A program made the position numbers and the translations under genes. 64,000 nt of DNA from a virus: the IMG/VR virus record IMGVR_UViG_3300016476_001169, positions 1 through 64,000 of that record. One strand, given 5' to 3'. Positions 57,707 to 64,000 of the stretch are shown here, piece after piece (within the stretch, counting starts at the first letter, position 1; the number at the start of each line of letters is the position of its first letter). Below the pieces are notes generated by a model. It had not been told where the DNA came from and ran no database searches. It saw only the letters and a list, made by a program, of their open reading frames with translations.

Positions 57707-57723
57707 AATGTTATACCTTAAAG

Positions 57724-60700
57724 CTAAAATTCAGTATCACAACTGACTTTCCATTGCCCGTAAGCATCACCAGCGGTGGTCACTGATGTTATGAATCTAA
57801 AACTATCACCTCTAAAATTGGAAGAGTCTACAGTTAAAGATCCCAAATTTACACTTTCATCAGTACTCAACACTGTTAGAACAGGTGAGCTAATGGGTCT
57901 GGCAGCAGTATTTAAATAAGCACTTCCTCTAAGGCCGCCTCCAGTAGTATTGTATCCACCTGTCCTTACTTCAGTGATTTGATAATATCTTTGACATAAA
58001 GAAAATTCATGACCATAATTTCTTCTTTCATAAGGTGTAGCTACTGAGCCTATTTCTACTTGGATACCTGTTAAATATAAAGTAGCGTTTAATGTACCAA
58101 TTAAATTAACTAATGAACCACTTGGCCCATGATAATTTGCTGATGCCCAAGTAGATGCTGTTCCTTGAAATGTACTTCCATTAGCAATTACAAAAATAAA
58201 TTCGATACCATTTAAGTGATCATTAGTCCACGTTCCTGATGTGTCTCCTGGAATAACTATTGTTTTCTTTTCCCAAGTGTTAGAAGCACTTATTGTGTAA
58301 GTAAAAGGATAACTTCTATTAAATGTACCATGGTTGCGAACTGAACCACCAAATGTACCTGTTAAGCTGCTATAAGCCCAAAAAGACAATGTGACAGTTT
58401 TGGCGTTAGCTGTACCCCATTGAAAATCAATAGTATTAGTTCCTTCGATAACATGTGATAAGAAATTATAATCACCAGCACCCGGAGAAGTTGTAGTAGT
58501 AGTTTTCATGCCTATGTAAGAAATGAATCCATCAGGAGAAGCAACTCCACCATAATTTTTACCAACAGTTAATCTTCCAGACCCATTAATGTTCATCTTC
58601 CATCGGTCAATAAAATTGGAAGTACTTGATGGAGTTGTGGATGCCGCACTATTTCTTTGATCTATGTTTCCATCACCATTAATAATTCTATTTCTAAACC
58701 CTGTATTGTAAGCAGTGATTGCATTTGAATTTTGATAAAGATTACCACCTACATACAGAGATTGCCCAATACCAGCACCACCCGAAACCACCAAAGCGCC
58801 TGTCGTTGATGAAGTAGAAGCTGTTGTAGCTGCAATTGTAGTTTTACCACTGTAATCTACTTTAAAAATACTAGAGCCAAAGTTTTGTAAATCAATTTGA
58901 TTACCAACAAAACTAGTCGCTGTATTAACAGCGATAATTGTTCCACTTGTAGATCCAGTAAAGTCGCCCAAGGCTGGAGTTTCTGCAGTAAAGGCTGAAC
59001 CAATTTGCAAAACAGCACTTATTGATGTTGCAGTAGGCGTTGCAGACAAATTAAATGAATTATTTGTGGTATTCCAAGATGCATAAGTAGCTCCCCCGAA
59101 AGAACTAGCATTATTAAATTGAATTTGCCCATTGCTGCCTGCCGGAGAGCCTCCCGATACTGTCGCCCAAGTTTGGTCGCCTCTTAAAAAAGTTGTTGTT
59201 GTGGCTGTGCCTGTGGCAAGTCGGGCTGTTGCAATTGTTCCTGATGTAATCTTGGATGCATCTAAACTTGGTATGTCAGCTGCAACCAATGCCCTAAATG
59301 CGGGCGTAGTCGCTGAACCTGTTGTGGGGCCCGCTAATACATAATTAGCAGAAGTTGCTGCCAGGGTGGCTGTCAATGTCCCAGTTGTAGTGACTGTAGA
59401 AGTTGAAACAGTGAATATATTTGGCAAGCTTAATCCAACGCTTGTTACACCTGTATTCGAAAGAGTGCCACCAGAAAAACTTAAACCTGTAGAAACTGTA
59501 GCATTACTAAAACCCCCAGCATTGTTTCCATATAATAAAGAAGAACCAGTAGTTTGCGGGGCGTAATTCAATGAAGGTATGTCAGCCGCAACTAAAGCTC
59601 TGAAAGCAGGCGTTGTAGCCGACCCAGTCGTTGGTCCTGCGAATACATAATTGGCAGAAGTTGTAGACAAAGTGGCTGTTAATGTTCCAGTTGTCGTAAC
59701 TGTAGAAGTTGAAATTGTAAAGATGTTTGGCAAACTTAAACCAACACTTGTCACACCTGTGTTAGATAAAGTTCCCCCAGAAAAACTTAAACCTGTAGAA
59801 ACTGTAACATTGCTAAAACCACCAGCATTGTTGCCGTATAAAATAGATGTTCCTGTTGTTTGTGGAGCGTAATTCAATGAAGGTATGTCTGCTGCGACCA
59901 AGGCTCTAAATGCAGGAGTCGTAGCCGAACCTGTTGTGGGGCCTGCAAATACATAGTTAGCAGAAGTTGTTGAAAGAGTTGCTGTTAATGTTCCAGTTGT
60001 AGTAACTGTTGAAGTTGAAAGAGTGAAAATATTTGGCAAACTTAAGCCTACACTGGTTACACCAGTATTAGATAAAGTTCCACCTGAAAAACTCAAACCT
60101 GTAGAAACTGTAACATTACTAAAGCCACCAGCATTGTTGCCATATAATAAAGAGGCCCCTGATGTTGGAGGTGCATAATCCACGCCAGAAGAAGCTGCTG
60201 TAAAGGCAGATGTTCCAGAGCCTTTTACCAGACCCGTGATAGAAGAAGTACCTGTACCACCACGAGATACAGAAAGCTCTCCAGACCATGTTATTGTATG
60301 AGTATTCGCGACACTACTACTAACAACAGTAACATTAGTGTCATTGACAAATGTTTGTGTACTACCAGTAACAGTGTTTAATGATGTAATACCAGAAGAT
60401 CCTGGACTTGCAGCTGAAATGGTGATTGAGTTTGTGCCATGAGTAATGGTTACATTTGAACCAGCAGTTAAAGTTTTATATTCTAAACCAGAAGCGCCAT
60501 TGTTTACACCCAATAAGGAATTTGAAGTGCCTAATGTCCCTAAACCTGTTCCGCCACGGGATGTGCCTAACTCTCCAGACCATGTTATTGTATGAGTATT
60601 CGCGACACTACTACTAACAACAGTAACATTAGTGTCATTGACAAATGTTTGTGTGCTTCCAGTAACAGTGTTTAACGATGTGATGCCAGAAGACCCAGGG

Positions 60701-63459
60701 CTTGCAGCCGAAATGGTTATTGCATTTGTCCCATGAGTAATAGTTACATTTGAACCAGCAGTTAAAGTTTTATATTCTAAACCAGAGGCCCCATTATTTA
60801 CACCAAGCAAAGAATTCGAAGTGCCTATTGTTCCTAAACCTGTACCACCCCGAGAAGTGCCCAATTGTCCAGACCATGTTATGGTGTGAGTATTTGCAAC
60901 ACTGCTGCTCACAACAGTAACATTAGTATCATTAACAAATGTTTGCGTACTGCCAGTAACAGTATTGAGCGATGTAATGCCTGAAGAGCCAGGACTTGCA
61001 GCTGAAATGGTTATTGAACTTGTACTATGAGTAATGGTTACATTTGAGCCAGCAGTTAAAGTTTTATATTCTAAACCAGAGGCCCCATTATTTACACCTA
61101 ATAAGGAATTCGAAGTACCTAATGTTGATAAGCCTGTACCGCCATAAGATGTTGCCAGTGGGTGATTTGTTAATGACAGTGTACCTTCTATGGTAACATC
61201 TTTTTTGGCTGTAATCAGTCCTGCCCCATCAATACGCAAACGCTCGGTTGATAATTCTTCGCCTTCAGCATCGGTATAGAAAACGATGTCACCATAAAGG
61301 TATCCGCTACCAAGCGTAGGACTCGTTTTTTCAATTATTTTAATGCCAGCAAAATGTGTAATGTCATCAGATTTTTTAATACCAAATTGAATGGAGCCTG
61401 TGGTACCCGTGTAAGTAAATACACTTGGATCGCCGCCAAAATAACCATCTGAGCCAGTGTAGAATTTTTGACTTACAGCACTGCTTGAGAATGTCTTTTG
61501 GCCTGCAAAAGACTGTGAGCTAGTTGACACAACACCTCTAGCTGAAGTGCCAGCATCTGGTAAATTAAATGTGTGTGTGGTAGATGTCGATGTAATTCCA
61601 AAATCAGAACCTGAAGTACCAACGGCAAATGTCTGAGAAGTGCCTGTTAAAGAATTTAAACTTGCTAAACCTGTTGCTGCTACAGTGATTGAACCATTGC
61701 CATTAGTGACACTAATTCCAGAACCAGCCGTAATAGTTGATAGTGTAAATGTGCCAGAAGTGTTACCTATTAGTAATTGTCCACTAGTTGCAGATGTAAC
61801 TCCTGTACCGCCATTTGGAACTGATAATTGTGTGCCTAAATTAAGGGCCCCTCCAATACCAACCCCACCTGTTACAACTAATGCACCAGAGGTTGTTCCT
61901 GTTGAAGCCGTATTAGACCCCAAATTTAATTTTTGTGTAGTAACTTCGCCTGCTGAAGACACCGCAAACTTACTAACATTGTTTAATTTGTAATCTGCAA
62001 AGTTGCCACCAAAACCAGATGAAATATTCGCACCATACACAGTGCCGTTCGCATCGCCATTGGAGAAATCATTCCCAACCAAAACGCTAACTGTTGTAGT
62101 ACTCCATGTTGGTGGTCCACTGGAAATTTTTAATCTATTACTAGTATCATCCCACTGTAAATGTGTTGCACTATCTATTGTGCTAGAGCTTGCAGAATAA
62201 TAAGCAACTCTATTGGCGGTACCAGAATTAACAGTACCTCCACCACCACTACCGCCAGTTGCAGCTATGGTAATAGTACCTGTAACTTCAACTCCGTCTA
62301 CATAAGCTGGCGTTTGTGTAATTGTGACATTTGAACCAGGCTGCAATGTTTTATAAACTAATTTACTGCCAGTGCTATCAACGGCAAGAATTTGATTACT
62401 TTCACCTAAAGTTCCTCTTCCTGTGCCACCACTGGAAATTGGCAAGATACCACCAAATCCAATAGTTGTGTTTACAGAAACAGTTGAACACTCTATTTGA
62501 ACAGTCCAGCCTGAAGCCCCCGTCCCAATGGCGTCTATAATAAGTCTTACTTCTTGGCCGCTATTTAAATTTTCATTAAATGTTGGTGTATTTGCCCTGT
62601 TGATAAATACTTCACGTTCCCCTGCAGGCAATGTGAGTGTAGCCAAGAAAACAGCTTCAGGAGCTGTTGGGTCAGGGAATGGCTGACCAGCTCCAGTAAT
62701 TTGAATACTAACAATAGAATCTTCTGTTGCTGAAAAATCTTCTACCTGGAAAATAATTCTAACAACTCTAAATACCAGAGCACTAACTCCATCAGAAGGA
62801 TCAAATGGGACTATCGCAACTTCTTGATCAGGCCCCAAAGATACAGGTGTCACACCATTTAAAAATCTAATAATAAGGGCCCTGTCAGGCAGTGGCAATA
62901 ATGAATTAACCCATTTATTCGATGTGCTATTAAATTTTAAAAATTGAGTATCTGAGGGGGATGATAGTGCCACATCATTTAAATCCCCTAGCCCAGAATT
63001 CCCACTAACAACACCTGACGAGGCTTTCAAAACACCATTTAAACTTCCAATGCTTAAAGAAGATGTTACAGTTGTAGAAACATTTAAAGATTTAGACCAA
63101 GACAAGTTACTACCTGTTGATTGCAACACCATGCCAGAAGTGCCACCAACTGCGAATCTAGTCCAGTCTGAGCCATTATAATAGAGAAGATCGCCTGTAG
63201 TTTGCCCCGGTACATTAAAAGCAGTGGAGTCAATAGATTGGCCATTGAATACTACATTGCCATTGAAATTTACAGTGTTGTTGAAATTATGTACGCCAGT
63301 CCACGTCGGCGAAAAAGAAGTATCTAAAAGTAATGAACCTGAGCTAGTTATGGGAGCATTATTAGGTAAATCAGTCTTGATTCCTAAGATACCACTAACG
63401 CTAAAACCAAACTCACCTAATTGTGTTTTTCTCGGTGGAACTATAAAGAATGTTGGCAT
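57724..63459 (-). CDS. long tail fibre protein
   Basis: 1911 aa, Gly/Ser/Thr-rich with GGTG repeats; common phage fibre C-terminal domain FRNRIINGD..IDQRN...LCQRYY. Confidence 0.85.
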   Translation of the reverse strand: MPTFFIVPPRKTQLGEFGFSVSGILGIKTDLPNNAPITSSGSLLLDTSFSPTWTGVHNFNNTVNFNGNVVFNGQSIDSTAFNVPGQTTGDLLYYNGSDWTRFAVGGTSGMVLQSTGSNLSWSKSLNVSTTVTSSLSIGSLNGVLKASSGVVSGNSGLGDLNDVALSSPSDTQFLKFNSTSNKWVNSLLPLPDRALIIRFLNGVTPVSLGPDQEVAIVPFDPSDGVSALVFRVVRIIFQVEDFSATEDSIVSIQITGAGQPFPDPTAPEAVFLATLTLPAGEREVFINRANTPTFNENLNSGQEVRLIIDAIGTGASGWTVQIECSTVSVNTTIGFGGILPISSGGTGRGTLGESNQILAVDSTGSKLVYKTLQPGSNVTITQTPAYVDGVEVTGTITIAATGGSGGGGTVNSGTANRVAYYSASSSTIDSATHLQWDDTSNRLKISSGPPTWSTTTVSVLVGNDFSNGDANGTVYGANISSGFGGNFADYKLNNVSKFAVSSAGEVTTQKLNLGSNTASTGTTSGALVVTGGVGIGGALNLGTQLSVPNGGTGVTSATSGQLLIGNTSGTFTLSTITAGSGISVTNGNGSITVAATGLASLNSLTGTSQTFAVGTSGSDFGITSTSTTHTFNLPDAGTSARGVVSTSSQSFAGQKTFSSSAVSQKFYTGSDGYFGGDPSVFTYTGTTGSIQFGIKKSDDITHFAGIKIIEKTSPTLGSGYLYGDIVFYTDAEGEELSTERLRIDGAGLITAKKDVTIEGTLSLTNHPLATSYGGTGLSTLGTSNSLLGVNNGASGLEYKTLTAGSNVTITHSTSSITISAASPGSSGITSLNTVTGSTQTFVNDTNVTVVSSSVANTHTITWSGQLGTSRGGTGLGTIGTSNSLLGVNNGASGLEYKTLTAGSNVTITHGTNAITISAASPGSSGITSLNTVTGSTQTFVNDTNVTVVSSSVANTHTITWSGELGTSRGGTGLGTLGTSNSLLGVNNGASGLEYKTLTAGSNVTITHGTNSITISAASPGSSGITSLNTVTGSTQTFVNDTNVTVVSSSVANTHTITWSGELSVSRGGTGTSSITGLVKGSGTSAFTAASSGVDYAPPTSGASLLYGNNAGGFSNVTVSTGLSFSGGTLSNTGVTSVGLSLPNIFTLSTSTVTTTGTLTATLSTTSANYVFAGPTTGSATTPAFRALVAADIPSLNYAPQTTGTSILYGNNAGGFSNVTVSTGLSFSGGTLSNTGVTSVGLSLPNIFTISTSTVTTTGTLTATLSTTSANYVFAGPTTGSATTPAFRALVAADIPSLNYAPQTTGSSLLYGNNAGGFSNATVSTGLSFSGGTLSNTGVTSVGLSLPNIFTVSTSTVTTTGTLTATLAATSANYVLAGPTTGSATTPAFRALVAADIPSLDASKITSGTIATARLATGTATTTTFLRGDQTWATVSGGSPAGSNGQIQFNNASSFGGATYASWNTTNNSFNLSATPTATSISAVLQIGSAFTAETPALGDFTGSTSGTIIAVNTATSFVGNQIDLQNFGSSIFKVDYSGKTTIAATTASTSSTTGALVVSGGAGIGQSLYVGGNLYQNSNAITAYNTGFRNRIINGDGNIDQRNSAASTTPSSTSNFIDRWKMNINGSGRLTVGKNYGGVASPDGFISYIGMKTTTTTSPGAGDYNFLSHVIEGTNTIDFQWGTANAKTVTLSFWAYSSLTGTFGGSVRNHGTFNRSYPFTYTISASNTWEKKTIVIPGDTSGTWTNDHLNGIEFIFVIANGSTFQGTASTWASANYHGPSGSLVNLIGTLNATLYLTGIQVEIGSVATPYERRNYGHEFSLCQRYYQITEVRTGGYNTTGGGLRGSAYLNTAARPISSPVLTVLSTDESVNLGSLTVDSSNFRGDSFRFITSVTTAGDAYGQWKVSCDTEF
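59270..60180 (-). repeat. three tandem 306-nt (102-aa) intragenic repeats
   Basis: Anchor cagcattg at 59517, 59823 and 60129; unit YAP..G.S.LYGNNAGGFSN...FRALVAADIPSL. Confidence 0.9.
60262..61143 (-). repeat. three tandem 294-nt (98-aa) intragenic repeats
   Basis: Anchor ctaaaccaga at 60483, 60777 and 61071; unit GGTGL..LGTSNSLLGVNNGASGLEYKT...THTITWSG. Confidence 0.9.
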
Positions 63460-63504
63460 AATCTTTTATTATTTTTCTTTTGAAATTAGTTTCAATTATT
63501 TTAA

Positions 63505-63531
63505 TTTTACTGCAAATAAGAGGCAAAACCT
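63505..63531 (-). promoter_or_regulatory. putative phage late promoter (AGG-N19-TAAAA)
   Basis: Minus strand gtAGGttttgcctcttatttgcagTAAAAt, upstream of the tail fibre. Confidence 0.6.
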
Positions 63532-63566
63532 ACGAAGAGCATTAGTTTTTATTAAAGAGGCAACAA

Positions 63567-63594
63567 AGGTAAAATTCAACCAAAACTTTTAATA
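63567..63594 (+). promoter_or_regulatory. putative phage late promoter (AGG-N20-TAATA)
   Basis: aaAGGtaaaattcaaccaaaactttTAATAt, upstream of the lysozyme. Confidence 0.5.
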
Positions 63595-63615
63595 TTAAAA
63601 TAAGGGAGTAAAAAA

Positions 63616-64000
63616 ATGCCTATTTCATTTGATGAAGCTTTAAAGTTTGTTTTGAAACAAGAGGGTGGTTATAGCAATCATCCAGCTGACAAAGGCGGTG
63701 CCACAAATAAAGGCATCATACAGTCAGTATACAATAGATATAGAAGAGATAAAAATTTAAGTATTAGGTCTGTTAAAGACATAGAAGATAAAGAAGTTAA
63801 AGAAATTTATGAAACCCAATATTGGGATAGAATAAGAGCACAATACATTAAAGCGCCATTGGGTCTTGTTTTGTTTGACACAGCTGTTAATTTTGGCGTT
63901 GGTGGGTGCATTAGACGATTGCAAAAAGCTTTAAATGTGCCTGTGACAGGCGCTTGGACACAAAACATAAGTGATGTAATTCACACATGCGATGCAGGTA
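63616..64000 (+). CDS. glycoside hydrolase family 108 lysozyme (endolysin), partial
   Basis: Not in the ORF track. MPISFDEALKFVLKQEGGYSNHPADKGGATNKGI...IY...YW...FDTAVNFG...LQKAL; AAGGGAG SD. Confidence 0.92.
   Translation, partial: MPISFDEALKFVLKQEGGYSNHPADKGGATNKGIIQSVYNRYRRDKNLSIRSVKDIEDKEVKEIYETQYWDRIRAQYIKAPLGLVLFDTAVNFGVGGCIRRLQKALNVPVTGAWTQNISDVIHTCDAG

Noticed and set aside
59270-61143. CRISPR array or DGR template/variable repeats
   Set aside because: The repeats are in-frame protein units without spacers, the differences are synonymous rather than adenine-specific, and no Cas or reverse transcriptase is in the window.
659-63592. Numerous short overlapping or antisense ORFs in the track
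   Set aside because: They lie within longer, motif-supported genes and show no recognisable motifs.
1-64000. Stop-codon reassignment
   Set aside because: Conserved genes are full length under the standard code, and TAA, TAG and TGA all end genes.
1-64000. Bacterial chromosome segment
   Set aside because: Divergent replication genes are packed with a terminase, tail fibre, gp32-like SSB and endolysin, with no ribosomal or core metabolic operons.

Overview
This AT-rich window (GC about 36% by eye, standard genetic code) looks like part of a large or jumbo tailed-phage genome. Positions ~1-9.8 kb carry head/packaging-type genes, including a terminase and glf. Positions ~9.8-41 kb form a long minus-strand block for replication and transcription: three sigma-like factors, a near-complete bacterial-type Pol III set (DnaE, DnaN, DnaX, HolA), RecJ, RecA, SSB, DnaB, a DnaC-like loader, a split primase and a split SbcC with SbcD. 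The same block holds host-like genes (map, pit, DUF47, SpoVS, dUTPase). Positions 41-64 kb hold probable virion proteins, RusA, NrdAB, a nitrilase, tail spike/fibre genes and a GH108 lysozyme. SigH, SpoVS and DUF5679 point to a Terrabacteria-type host (inference). The most notable signals read from the raw sequence are four. (1) A 95-nt structured ncRNA between its own promoter and terminator (50409-50503, minus) whose outer stems resemble a miniaturised raiA-motif RNA. (2) A recurrent AGG-N18-20-TAAnA promoter in front of virion, lysis and ncRNA units, resembling SigH promoters. (3) A sigma factor with two C2H2 zinc fingers inserted. (4) Strong over-representation of GGCC/GGGCCC. All protein calls come from motif recognition by eye; no searches were run.
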